64,000 bases of DNA from an uncultured Gammaproteobacteria bacterium (lineage in GTDB: Bacteria; Patescibacteriota; Microgenomatia; UBA8517). Positions 1 through 8,876 of this stretch are shown one piece after another. The number at the start of each line of letters is the position of its first letter. Within the stretch, counting starts at the first letter, position 1. A program made the position numbers and the translations under genes. Location of the stretch: NCBI GenBank assembly GCA_964599625.1, contig CAZRGC010000003.1, positions 3,816 through 67,815 of the forward strand. Direction: 5' to 3'. Under the pieces are notes generated by a model. The model had not been told where the DNA came from. It made no database searches and was given only the letters and a program-made list of their open reading frames with translations.

Positions 1-539
1 TCGGGTGTATTCGCAGACAATGCTGCCTTAACAATGCCTTGAGGAATTTTTTCGTGGAAAAGTCTTGTAGCCAACAAAATTACATCACCTTCTTGTGGAT
101 ATCCAGATGCCGAAACAACTCCCGATACTGAACTTTTAAGGATTGTTCCCAAAACGCCTTGTCTGGAAACAGTAACCTCGGCACCTCCAAAGGCAGCCGA
201 ATAAACAACACCGTCTACAAACGAACAAGCGGCTATTTCCACTTCCCCCCAATTTTCAGTAAACTCTGCAACAACTTTTTCGACAGAGTTTTTTAAAGCG
301 TTGAAGGGTTTTAGAGTAAGGTCTCCAAAATACTCCTCATGGATTCTGGAAATGAGTTCTCGTCCGGCAGAAATGGTATCAATTCCACCAAGACCTTCAG
401 CTCTTTTTGTTGCAATTGCCACAAAAAGATGCCCCCTTAGGGAAAGTTTGCCGGGGTCTTCAGGCTTGAAGTCGTGAACTTGAGACCAACCCGAAGGTCC
501 CGGCATTGCCGTTATCTTTGCCGAAGTTGTATCAAGCAT
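1..539 (-). CDS. N-terminal part of a protein running off the window edge (ATG at 539). It has a weak PP2C-like C-terminal motif (GDVILLA) but lacks the canonical DGMGG motif. Hypothetical.
   Basis: Manual translation of the minus strand from 539 gives an open frame of more than 175 aa with no stop before position 1. It is absent from the ORF track because no stop lies inside the window. Confidence 0.3.
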   Translation of the reverse strand, partial: MLDTTSAKITAMPGPSGWSQVHDFKPEDPGKLSLRGHLFVAIATKRAEGLGGIDTISAGRELISRIHEEYFGDLTLKPFNALKNSVEKVVAEFTENWGEVEIAACSFVDGVVYSAAFGGAEVTVSRQGVLGTILKSSVSGVVSASGYPQEGDVILLATRLFHEKIPQGIVKAALSANTP

Positions 540-540
540 C

Positions 541-765
541 TTAAAGAATCGTCAGCGCTGCCAGAAACACAAGAATTGCAAAAGCCAAATGAACATAGCT
601 TAGAGTCCTCACCAAATTCTCCCAACCAAGCTGTAGGGTGCGAGTCATAAGACTCACTTGCTTAATAACAACCAATGAAAAAATTAGATACATGGCCAGA
701 AGTATCAAAGATAAAAACTTTATTATTATCCAGATATTAAAATTGGTAATTATTGATATATCCAT
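541..765 (-). CDS. Small hydrophobic membrane protein (2 TM), hypothetical
   Basis: 74-aa ORF with two long hydrophobic stretches. It is tightly packed between neighbouring minus-strand genes. Confidence 0.3.
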   Translation of the reverse strand: MDISIITNFNIWIIIKFLSLILLAMYLIFSLVVIKQVSLMTRTLQLGWENLVRTLSYVHLAFAILVFLAALTIL

Positions 766-788
766 TTATTAAATGTCGCTTCTTAGGT

Positions 789-1496
789 TTAAACTTTTTC
801 CATCAAATCGCTCAAAACTTTTGCTACTTTTTCGGGATTTGGGACAGCTTCAAACTCAAACTCAGTTACCTCAGACGCTGTTTGGATCAAAACGTCACCA
901 TAGTTAAACATTGTTCTTATTACACCACTTGTCACATAACTGGTATCTTGGATTTTATCAAGTTCGGCGTCTGAAACTTTTTTATCAATCAGGTTGTAAA
1001 AATCAACATCTACAACACGCTTTGTGGTTATAAAATAAACACTAAAGTACCAATCCAAAAAACTCTCTATTGCGTAGGCACTTGTGACAAGGTACCAGGC
1101 CAAAGAAATTACTAGCGGGAAACCTGTAGGCATCATTGAAAAAACTCCAAAAAAACCTAAAACTGTTGGTCCAGCCAAAAGAAACAAACTGGTCAATATC
1201 CACTTGAGGTTTGTTATCGGGTGTCTCCTTAAAAGTAAAACAACTTGCTCATCGGTATCTCTCGTTTCAAAATCTATATCCCCAGGATAAAGACAAAAAG
1301 CTGAGAGCTTGCTGTGTGATTGCCCTGCAAAAGAAGTTTTTGTCTGTGAATTTACTGTTTTCTCAATATTGGTTTTTTCACTTTTTTCTGAAGGCTTTTC
1401 TGGCTGTTGTTTTTCCTCTGGAGAAATGAATATATCAGGCATAATTCCGATTATAACAGATAAGGAGTGTGTTGGTAAAAACCGAGAGATTGGCAA
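789..1496 (-). CDS. Membrane protein with a bacterial PH (bPH_2, YdbT/YdbS-like) domain
   Basis: Two TM helices are followed by a YFITTKRVVDVDF...GDVLIQT pattern typical of bPH_2. There is an N-terminal low-complexity KP/E-rich segment. Confidence 0.45.
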   Translation of the reverse strand: MPISRFLPTHSLSVIIGIMPDIFISPEEKQQPEKPSEKSEKTNIEKTVNSQTKTSFAGQSHSKLSAFCLYPGDIDFETRDTDEQVVLLLRRHPITNLKWILTSLFLLAGPTVLGFFGVFSMMPTGFPLVISLAWYLVTSAYAIESFLDWYFSVYFITTKRVVDVDFYNLIDKKVSDAELDKIQDTSYVTSGVIRTMFNYGDVLIQTASEVTEFEFEAVPNPEKVAKVLSDLMEKV

Positions 1497-1499
1497 GAT

Positions 1500-3185
1500 T
1501 TACAATTTTTCTATATTGTACAAACTCGATTTTATACCAATGTACCCGGGGGCCCTAAGGTTAAAGGCTTCTTTGAACTTTGCTCCAGTGTAGTTCACGG
1601 AACCCTTGTTTGTTTGAAATGTCACCGACTGTGTAGACCCATCGTTTGAATAGACAACCGATACACCACTAACACTTGTAAATCCTCCTATCCCTGCAAG
1701 TTCAGCCTGGCTATAAGGGTTTCCTCCCCAACATGTCCCTACAGGCGAAACTCTTCCAACATCACCACCGTTACCATCCAAAACAAATCTTGCATTGAGT
1801 ATATCGGCCATTTCTTCTGATTTAAGCCAAGGACTACTTCTTCCACAAGAGACCCCACCCCTAGACTTATACCACCCTTTGTAAAACCAGGGTGACCCCG
1901 AGATTTTTTCGTAAGCCGTGTCTGGCCAAGAACCGGACGCATCTTTTATACCGGTCCAGCCCCACTGAGTGATAGTGTATCCACCTGTGCTTGCAGAAAA
2001 ATATGTTGTGGCAGCACTCCCACCCTTCGTCATCACCCAACCCCTTGTTGCTTTAACAGCTTCTTTCCATTTACCGCTTTTAAGTTGCGGTTTATATACC
2101 TGACACGACTCGGACGTACAAATAGGTTTCGATCCATTGTTGGTGTATGAAAGCGCATAGCTTCTGGCAGCAACAGCTTGGGCTTTCAATGCCTCAAAAC
2201 CGCCGGAATCACCCCAACTTTCGGGAACTTCGTAGATACCCAATAAATAATTGTCTTCGAATGAAATGCTGCCATATCCTGTTACTGTAATATTTGCAGG
2301 TTCCGAATAGTTCTTGTTTAAAGACGCGCCTTGATAGTATGCAGAGAGTATTGTTTCGGCAGATTGTCCCGACTTACTTCTTCCATAAGCACCGTACTGG
2401 CTCATTCCGGTCCTATGGGGAGCCCCAAACGAAAACGCAGCAAAAGCTGGCCTAAAACCTGGGTCACAAAAAGCAGAGGACCCTTGAGGACCACTGCATG
2501 GCTCAAGAGTTGGAGGTGTATCACCTATTGAAGTCTGAAATCCACCCGCCTTTGCAGCGGCCAGTTCGTTCTGTTTAGAAGAAAGTGTTGAAAGGTAACT
2601 GTCTACCTTGGCGACCTCCCCTGCCAAAAATTTCTGTTTTTCAGAAACCTGAGACTGCAACGAAGAAAGACTCGCTTTGTTTTTAACCAAGCTATCTTTG
2701 TCGTTTTTCAGAGAAATCAGATCGTTTCCGTATTTTTCCAACGTTTCTCTGTCACTATCTGCGGCTTTTTGTCTGAAACTGATCTCTCTAAACGCTACTG
2801 CCGCGTTATCGGAAAAAACAAACGGAGTGATAGGATCATAAAGGCGCAAGAATGTGTAATGGTTTCTGGCTTTTTCCTGGAATATCTCTTTTGTATAAGC
2901 CAAGTCTTCTTCTCTGCCGGTTATTTGGCTTTCAAGTTTTTTAAGGTCTGATGTGAGTTTTGAAATTTTGAAGTTAAGATCAGACAACTGCTTGTTTAGA
3001 CCTGCCAAATCTTTTTTATTTTTCTCCTGGGCCGGGGAAAGTGAATCAATTTCGTTTTGAATTTGCTTTATCTGACAATCATAGTCTGTTGAGGGACACT
3101 CCTGCGCCAAAACAACTGCAAATTTGATCCCAAAAAAGACAAGTAGTACCAAGGAAAATGAAGTAAAAATTTTAGCCTTAAACAT
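1500..3185 (-). CDS. Secreted coiled-coil protein with a C-terminal SpoIID/LytB domain (peptidoglycan remodelling)
   Basis: N-terminal signal/TM segment, then a long heptad-like region (LKKLESQITGREEDL...). The MSQYGAYG motif and surrounding sequence match the SpoIID/LytB family. Confidence 0.65.
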   Translation of the reverse strand: MFKAKIFTSFSLVLLVFFGIKFAVVLAQECPSTDYDCQIKQIQNEIDSLSPAQEKNKKDLAGLNKQLSDLNFKISKLTSDLKKLESQITGREEDLAYTKEIFQEKARNHYTFLRLYDPITPFVFSDNAAVAFREISFRQKAADSDRETLEKYGNDLISLKNDKDSLVKNKASLSSLQSQVSEKQKFLAGEVAKVDSYLSTLSSKQNELAAAKAGGFQTSIGDTPPTLEPCSGPQGSSAFCDPGFRPAFAAFSFGAPHRTGMSQYGAYGRSKSGQSAETILSAYYQGASLNKNYSEPANITVTGYGSISFEDNYLLGIYEVPESWGDSGGFEALKAQAVAARSYALSYTNNGSKPICTSESCQVYKPQLKSGKWKEAVKATRGWVMTKGGSAATTYFSASTGGYTITQWGWTGIKDASGSWPDTAYEKISGSPWFYKGWYKSRGGVSCGRSSPWLKSEEMADILNARFVLDGNGGDVGRVSPVGTCWGGNPYSQAELAGIGGFTSVSGVSVVYSNDGSTQSVTFQTNKGSVNYTGAKFKEAFNLRAPGYIGIKSSLYNIEKL

Positions 3186-3310
3186 TATTCAAATTATCAT
3201 TATATATTCATATCACAACAATGTCAGTTTCCAGGCTTTGTTTTTGGTGCAGTCTATTACCACACCTGTTTCCTGGCGTTTGCAGACAATATGCTCTAAA
3301 ATACAGGGTA

Positions 3311-3718
3311 ATGAAATACAAATTACTATTGGCAACTGTAGCCTTCACATTTTCTTTCATGTTCAAACTGGTAGTACCTACTACAGCCCTAGCTGTTAGC
3401 CAGGATGTTACCTGCAACGGAAATCAAGGTGTCGATACAGCAATCGGATGTTTGAACGTTCTGTCCACTCCCGAAGACTTTTTGGGGCAGCTTTTGGGTT
3501 GGGCTGTGGGAATTGGTGGAGGCCTTGCGTTTATCTTGATTGTATATGCAGGATTTATGATCATGACGGCCGCAGGAAATCCGGAAAGACTCAAGGCTGG
3601 TCAGGAGCTTTTGACTTCGGCAATTTCTGGTCTTATTCTTTTGATCTTCTCAATTTTTGTACTCAGATTCATTGGAATTGATATACTGGGACTTAACAAC
3701 TTTGGTTTTGGCGGATAA
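3311..3718 (+). CDS. T4SS pilin-like protein (VirB2/TrbC-like), paralog 1
   Basis: Start re-set to the ATG at 3311, preceded by AGGG. Signal peptide MKYKLLLATVAFTFSF...ALA, then two hydrophobic helices flanking GNPERLKAGQELLTSAISGL. This architecture is shared with 7 downstream paralogs. Confidence 0.6.
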   Translation: MKYKLLLATVAFTFSFMFKLVVPTTALAVSQDVTCNGNQGVDTAIGCLNVLSTPEDFLGQLLGWAVGIGGGLAFILIVYAGFMIMTAAGNPERLKAGQELLTSAISGLILLIFSIFVLRFIGIDILGLNNFGFGG

Positions 3719-3720
3719 AT

Positions 3721-4035
3721 ATGGCAGCACTAAATCTTGATTCAATTGAAAGCAGGGGTCTTGGCACATCCGTTCCCGGAACTCCCGGAGATATAATCAA
3801 TGCAATCCTTCCGTATGTATTTGCTTTTGCGGGAATTGGGCTTTTGGTGTTTTTAATGATTGGAGGGCTTCAAATGATGACGGCCAAGGGTGATCCCAAA
3901 GCAATAGAAGGTGCACAAGCAAAAATAACAAGCGCCCTTATTGGCTTTTTGATTATCATAATTTCATATGTTCTAGTCCAGCTGTTGACTAAAGTGCTTG
4001 GCCTTGGTTCTCTGGGAGGTGTTTTTGGTCCATAA
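3721..4035 (+). CDS. T4SS pilin-like protein, paralog 2
   Basis: 104 aa with a TM-loop-TM architecture and the loop motif KGDPKAIEGAQAKITSALIGF. Confidence 0.6.
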   Translation: MAALNLDSIESRGLGTSVPGTPGDIINAILPYVFAFAGIGLLVFLMIGGLQMMTAKGDPKAIEGAQAKITSALIGFLIIIISYVLVQLLTKVLGLGSLGGVFGP

Positions 4036-4039
4036 CAAT

Positions 4040-4363
4040 ATGAAAATTGATCAACTTTTTCTTGACGGGGTTCCCTCTAAAGCTACATATAGTAGTCTGA
4101 CTGGCATTTCCGGTCTGGTTACACTTTTTGTTAATATCATTTTTGCAATTGCTGGAATTGTCCTTTTGGTCTACTTTGTTGGCGGAGGTTTGGCCATGAT
4201 CAGCAGCGCCGGCAAAAACGATCCCCAAAAAGCAGAACAGGCAAAAAAAACATTAACAAGCGCCGTTATTGGTTTTGTTATAGTTTTTGTCTCCTATTGG
4301 GTAGTCTCACTTATTGGACAAATAATGGGTATCCAAATACTCCAAGGTCTTTTTGCTAGGTAA
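4040..4363 (+). CDS. T4SS pilin-like protein, paralog 3
   Basis: Start re-set to the ATG at 4040 (MKIDQLF...), 4 nt after the previous stop. Loop motif AGKNDPQKAEQAKKTLTSAVIGF. Confidence 0.55.
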   Translation: MKIDQLFLDGVPSKATYSSLTGISGLVTLFVNIIFAIAGIVLLVYFVGGGLAMISSAGKNDPQKAEQAKKTLTSAVIGFVIVFVSYWVVSLIGQIMGIQILQGLFAR

Positions 4364-4412
4364 CAAGCCTCGGACTTGTATTTTTGTCTGTGCGGGTTGT
4401 AAAATTAGCAAA

Positions 4413-4742
4413 ATGCCGAATTTTGGACAAATCAGACCCCCTACTACAGCATTTTCCGGATCGGATGCGGGTACATCAATCGGAAGATTAATTCAGCTTG
4501 GCTTATCGCTTCTGATTGTTGGCGCAGGGCTTTACGCCCTATTCAACTTTGTGATTGCTGGTTATTCTTTTTTGTCCGCAGGTGACGATTCCAAAAAGAT
4601 TTCTGCGGCTTGGGCCATGATCTGGCAAACAGCTCTTGGATTAGCTGTTGCTGCGGGTGCCTTTGTAATTGCTGCTATATTTGGCAAACTCTTGTTCAAT
4701 GATTTTGGATTCCTGTTGAACCCACAAATACCCAACTTATGA
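4413..4742 (+). CDS. T4SS pilin-like protein, paralog 4 (divergent)
   Basis: Start re-set to the ATG at 4413 (MPNFGQ...). Two hydrophobic helices with the loop motif AGDDSKKISAAWAMIWQTALG. Confidence 0.5.
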   Translation: MPNFGQIRPPTTAFSGSDAGTSIGRLIQLGLSLLIVGAGLYALFNFVIAGYSFLSAGDDSKKISAAWAMIWQTALGLAVAAGAFVIAAIFGKLLFNDFGFLLNPQIPNL

Positions 4743-5113
4743 CGCCAGACAATCACATTGCAGTAAGCCTTGCCCCAGCAGGTGGGTTTAAGGGTCTTGG
4801 TACAAGCTCACTTGCTAATCCGGGCAACGATGCCATAAATATCTTTGCAAACTTTCTTTCTTCCGTTATTGGCCTCATGACAATCATTGCATTTATTTGG
4901 TTTACGTTCAGATTTATTACCTCGGCGATTCAGCTCATGTATGCCGGAGGAGACAAGCAACGCTATGAAACAGCAAGAGAGCAAATGAAATATGCAATTA
5001 TCGGAGTTGTGGTCGTTGTGGCTGCAATATTTATTATCAACCTGGTTGGAACATTCATAGGCATTCCAAATATATTGGATGTCGCGGGTATGTTTGAACT
5101 TATAACTCAATAA
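4739..5113 (+). CDS. T4SS pilin-like protein, paralog 5
   Basis: ATGA start/stop overlap with the upstream gene. Loop motif AGGDKQRYETAREQMKYAIIGV. Confidence 0.6.
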   Translation: MTPDNHIAVSLAPAGGFKGLGTSSLANPGNDAINIFANFLSSVIGLMTIIAFIWFTFRFITSAIQLMYAGGDKQRYETAREQMKYAIIGVVVVVAAIFIINLVGTFIGIPNILDVAGMFELITQ

Positions 5114-5461
5114 ATGAACAACTTAATAGCGGCAGCATCTGGAGTAATCGGAAACCCTGCTTTGGGGGCACTCGAAAACAACACTGGCGAAAGCTTTTTC
5201 CAAAAGGCTATCCCCGCTTTTGCCAGTATGGCATTTTTGATTGCCTCGATCATATTCTTTTTTATGATAATTACCGGATCGATCCAATGGATCTGGTCAA
5301 ACGGCGACAAGCAGGCTTTGGAGACTGCAAGAGCCAGAATAACCAACGCTCTGATAGGTATGGTGCTTTTGTTTGCCGTATTTGCATTAATCAAAGTAAT
5401 AGAGACATTCTTCCACATACATATTCTGACTCTTGACATAGCGGCATTGAGGATTCGATAA
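5114..5461 (+). CDS. T4SS pilin-like protein, paralog 6
   Basis: Loop motif SNGDKQALETARARITNALIGM. The C-terminal TFFHIHILTLD is nearly identical to paralog 7. Confidence 0.6.
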   Translation: MNNLIAAASGVIGNPALGALENNTGESFFQKAIPAFASMAFLIASIIFFFMIITGSIQWIWSNGDKQALETARARITNALIGMVLLFAVFALIKVIETFFHIHILTLDIAALRIR

Positions 5462-5468
5462 TATACAT

Positions 5469-5798
5469 ATGAACAATCTTTTGGCACAGATTAATTTACA
5501 ACCGGGCGAAGGAACCCAGTTTGCTCCTTTGGCCAAACTCACCATTCCTGGACTTATTTCTGCACTCATCAGACTCACAGTAGTTGTTGCAGCCATAGTA
5601 TTTTTCTTTATCTTGGTAATTGGTGGTATTAAATGGATTGCTTCAGGTGGAGACAAAGCTCAAACAGAATCAGCCAGAAACCAAATCACAGCCGCTTTAG
5701 TAGGACTCGTAATAGTTTTCGCAGCTTGGGCTATCGTTGCACTTATCAACACATTCTTCCACATCGATATATTCTCGCTCGTTATCCCCTCAGTCTAA
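5469..5798 (+). CDS. T4SS pilin-like protein, paralog 7
   Basis: Loop motif SGGDKAQTESARNQITAALVGL and C-terminal TFFHIDIFSLV, pointing to a recent duplication of paralog 6. Confidence 0.6.
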   Translation: MNNLLAQINLQPGEGTQFAPLAKLTIPGLISALIRLTVVVAAIVFFFILVIGGIKWIASGGDKAQTESARNQITAALVGLVIVFAAWAIVALINTFFHIDIFSLVIPSV

Positions 5799-5835
5799 TT
5801 TCTACTCAAAATAGTCTTGGTATAGCTTAAATTCT

Positions 5836-6144
5836 TTGTTTGTAATAAAATTATTGGGTATGAACGGAATTGCAACCATTGCCGACTTGGGAACAATTTT
5901 TTCTAATATTGTTAAGTCGTTTTTGACATTTGCAGGTATAGTGCTTTTTGTTTTTCTTTTGGTTGGTGGGTTCAGATATATTACTTCTGGGGGTGATCCA
6001 AAAGCAGTTGACGCAGCGCAAAAGACAATTACTTACGCAATTGGCGGCCTTGTTGTTATACTTCTTTCCTTCCTGGTTCTGGTGCTTATTGGGAACATAA
6101 CAGGTGTCACATCAATCACCGAATTCAACATCATGCTTAGATAA
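5836..6144 (+). CDS. T4SS pilin-like protein, paralog 8
   Basis: Loop motif SGGDPKAVDAAQKTITYAIGGL with a TM-loop-TM architecture. The start may be the internal ATG at 5860. Confidence 0.55.
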   Translation: MFVIKLLGMNGIATIADLGTIFSNIVKSFLTFAGIVLFVFLLVGGFRYITSGGDPKAVDAAQKTITYAIGGLVVILLSFLVLVLIGNITGVTSITEFNIMLR

Positions 6145-6156
6145 ACACAATGACAG

Positions 6157-8832
6157 ATGCAAAAATCAAGGCCAAAATGCCTCAATATTCATACAGCAAG
6201 TAAAGCTTTCTACTCTTTACTGGTCCTAGTTTTGGGTGTGTTTGTTGTGGCTGTAATGCTTCAAATAAAAACAGTTATGGCAGAGGATGCTATTCCAAGG
6301 CCAGGAAACGTTCCTTGTGAGACTGAAAAAAACCCAGAATACAGCAGCGGCCGACCTTATCAGGCTTCTCCTTGTGGGGATGCGCCCAAAACTTATTGGT
6401 GCGGTAATGCAGTTGTTATATATCTAAACACAGTTAAGTGTCCCTATAACGGCAGTCCCACTTGCACACCGACGGTAACACATTACGAAAAGAAAATAGC
6501 TGTCGAAATGCTTGATGCAGAACTCCCAATCATGGGAAACACCGAATTAACATCTAATAGCGTTAATGGCACGGGTACAATGGATGACGGAACCAAACTA
6601 AACGAATATATGAGCTGGTACCTTAACGGGGTAAACGACAAGGCCGAGTACCCCGAAAGCAGCATAGATCAATCAGTTAATATGTCCGGACCCTTAAGAA
6701 GGCTTTTACCCGGTGTGATACAAGACGCAGCAAGAGTAGAAATCATCAAATCCCCCGACGGAGACACATCAAACGTTGACGATGAGACCGGCGAATCCAC
6801 TCCAGAAAAAATGAATCACAACAATATTGTGGTTTGTGCAAAAGAAGGTGGTGGTGGTCTTCTTGGTTGGATAGTGGATCTTTTTAATGTAGGGGCAACT
6901 ACTCCGCTTGAATGCTACAAGGGGGGCGGGTCGGGAGCACAAGGTGACGTTTATAGATTGAAGGACTGGAACGGCAATTTGACAATACTTAACGCTTTGT
7001 CGAATACAGTAGTACGCACAGCAGTAAACGCCTACCAAGTTTTGTTTCCGTTTGCCTCACTGGGTGAGATAGAAGCATCCATTGGAAACCATTGGAATCT
7101 CAGACGCCCTCCCCTTCCCTGGGACGACGGTACCGGTAAACCATTCGCAAGAAACGTTGACTATCAAAAAGCATACTACGAGTGGCGGGGGCAAACCTGT
7201 ATGATTATTCCGGTTATTGATAGACTTGCCTGTTTCGAAAACCTTCTAGTTCCAAATAAATATGCAGATTTGTTCCCATATATTCCTCTTGCAAACACCA
7301 GAGATATACCCGGAGCACACACTGTCCTTCTTGCTCATGTAAGTGCGGCAAAAGCAGAAATATTGGAGTCTGATTACCAAATAATCAAGCCGGCTTTTCG
7401 CTTGTGGATTCCACACGCGGCTGAAAATTTTGAACTCACAAGTCTTCTTAAAAAGACTTTTGTTCCCAAAGCTAAAGACGGTGCTAGCTCTACAGCCCCA
7501 GCAGCAAGCCTGAGCGATGTCGAAATAAACAACGCGCCATGCAAGATATTAAATTCGAGAAGTAATCCGGGCGACGATGTAAACTTTGAAAATCCAAAAA
7601 AATGGATTGAGGTGGATGTGCAATACGATGTTGGAGAAATTCAATGTAGTGAGCCGCATGAAGAGTGCAAGGAAGACACAAATCCCAGTAGCCCCACTTA
7701 CGGACAAACTATTTGCAAAATGGTCGCAACCTGTGAGTCAGAAGTTTATGCAACAATACCCACGGTAGGCAAGACTCCATACGCAGATGAGATTTGGAAT
7801 AACTCCGTGGCAGGCCCGGACTCCGTGTTTAGAAGAATTTACCCCAAAACAGGTGCCAACGCCCCTGTTTCGTGTATTGCCGACCTTCCGGCCGAATCCA
7901 AAGCAACATATAAAATCACAGATCCAAGCAGCGAAGGGATCAGACTTACACAAGTAATTCTTCCTGATGATAGCCGCATGGGATCGTTTGCCAACAAGAC
8001 GGAGTCTTTGGAAGCAAAAGTGTTTTATCCCCATTACGGAGGTGTATTGGAATACTTTTTAAACGGTATCCAAACAGCGCTTAGACCCCAAGGTTATAGC
8101 GATTCGCAACCAATGAGTGGTCAATCATGCAGCAACATTCAATGTGGCGAGCTTCCCGATCTTCCCAAAGCATCGGGTTCTTGCCAACTTGGCGGTGTCA
8201 GTTCCCGTGTGGGTAAAATTCCAAAAGCTTTAAGCGACATAATTTCTGCTGCCGCACAAACATACAAAGTCCCCCCCAACCTATTAATCGGGCAGATGTT
8301 TGGTGAAGGACTTTTTAATCCGGGAAGATACGAGTGGACCGAGGAAAATGTTAAAAACTGGGCAACGTGTACAAAAATTCCGGGATGTAATGAGACAGGA
8401 GATGATCACTTTATGGGATTCAACGGAACAGTTTTTGAACGAACAGTCCCTAAAATAAAAGCAGATTTACAAAAAATCGATCCCAGCAGGAAAACATTCA
8501 GTCAGTGTAATCTTCTGGATGCAATTTATGCTGCCGCTTATAATCTTCACGACAGTGCTGACGGCGGAGGCGGGCTTCCCGCGACATGTTTCGGAATAAA
8601 ACTTAGTGCACCAGTACCATCATCCTGCTCCTGGACTGATGAACAATACGAATCAGCAATCAAAGTTTACGAGAGTGGTTATACAAGTATGTGTATGACG
8701 GTTGAAAACGGTTGTGCAATAGGAGGCTTGGCAGCTGCCTGCCCAGCAGGCGATACCTGCGAAACAATAAGCAATAGATATTCAAGTCCAAGCCACAACG
8801 CCTGTGTTTGGGACGTGGCACACGGCAACTAA
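6157..8832 (+). CDS. Large Cys-rich secreted/membrane-anchored protein with a C-terminal lytic-transglycosylase (SLT family 1)-like domain; putative VirB1 analogue
   Basis: N-terminal signal-anchor helix. More than 40 Cys. The C-terminal region reads AAQTYKVPPNLLIGQMFGEGLFNP ... HFMGFNG ... AAAYNLHD, which parallels SLT motifs I-III (E-S/GxxNP, GLMQ, AYNxG). Confidence 0.5.
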   Translation: MQKSRPKCLNIHTASKAFYSLLVLVLGVFVVAVMLQIKTVMAEDAIPRPGNVPCETEKNPEYSSGRPYQASPCGDAPKTYWCGNAVVIYLNTVKCPYNGSPTCTPTVTHYEKKIAVEMLDAELPIMGNTELTSNSVNGTGTMDDGTKLNEYMSWYLNGVNDKAEYPESSIDQSVNMSGPLRRLLPGVIQDAARVEIIKSPDGDTSNVDDETGESTPEKMNHNNIVVCAKEGGGGLLGWIVDLFNVGATTPLECYKGGGSGAQGDVYRLKDWNGNLTILNALSNTVVRTAVNAYQVLFPFASLGEIEASIGNHWNLRRPPLPWDDGTGKPFARNVDYQKAYYEWRGQTCMIIPVIDRLACFENLLVPNKYADLFPYIPLANTRDIPGAHTVLLAHVSAAKAEILESDYQIIKPAFRLWIPHAAENFELTSLLKKTFVPKAKDGASSTAPAASLSDVEINNAPCKILNSRSNPGDDVNFENPKKWIEVDVQYDVGEIQCSEPHEECKEDTNPSSPTYGQTICKMVATCESEVYATIPTVGKTPYADEIWNNSVAGPDSVFRRIYPKTGANAPVSCIADLPAESKATYKITDPSSEGIRLTQVILPDDSRMGSFANKTESLEAKVFYPHYGGVLEYFLNGIQTALRPQGYSDSQPMSGQSCSNIQCGELPDLPKASGSCQLGGVSSRVGKIPKALSDIISAAAQTYKVPPNLLIGQMFGEGLFNPGRYEWTEENVKNWATCTKIPGCNETGDDHFMGFNGTVFERTVPKIKADLQKIDPSRKTFSQCNLLDAIYAAAYNLHDSADGGGGLPATCFGIKLSAPVPSSCSWTDEQYESAIKVYESGYTSMCMTVENGCAIGGLAAACPAGDTCETISNRYSSPSHNACVWDVAHGN

Positions 8833-8876
8833 ATCTCTTTTAAAAAAACAAATTTAGTTTTGGTATAATATCTTTA

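Noticed and set aside
3186-3310. Clear sigma70 promoter for the pilin array
   Set aside because: TTGCAG...TAAAAT is present but with only an 11-nt spacer. No convincing -35/-10 pair at 17+/-1 spacing, so it is not reported as a feature.
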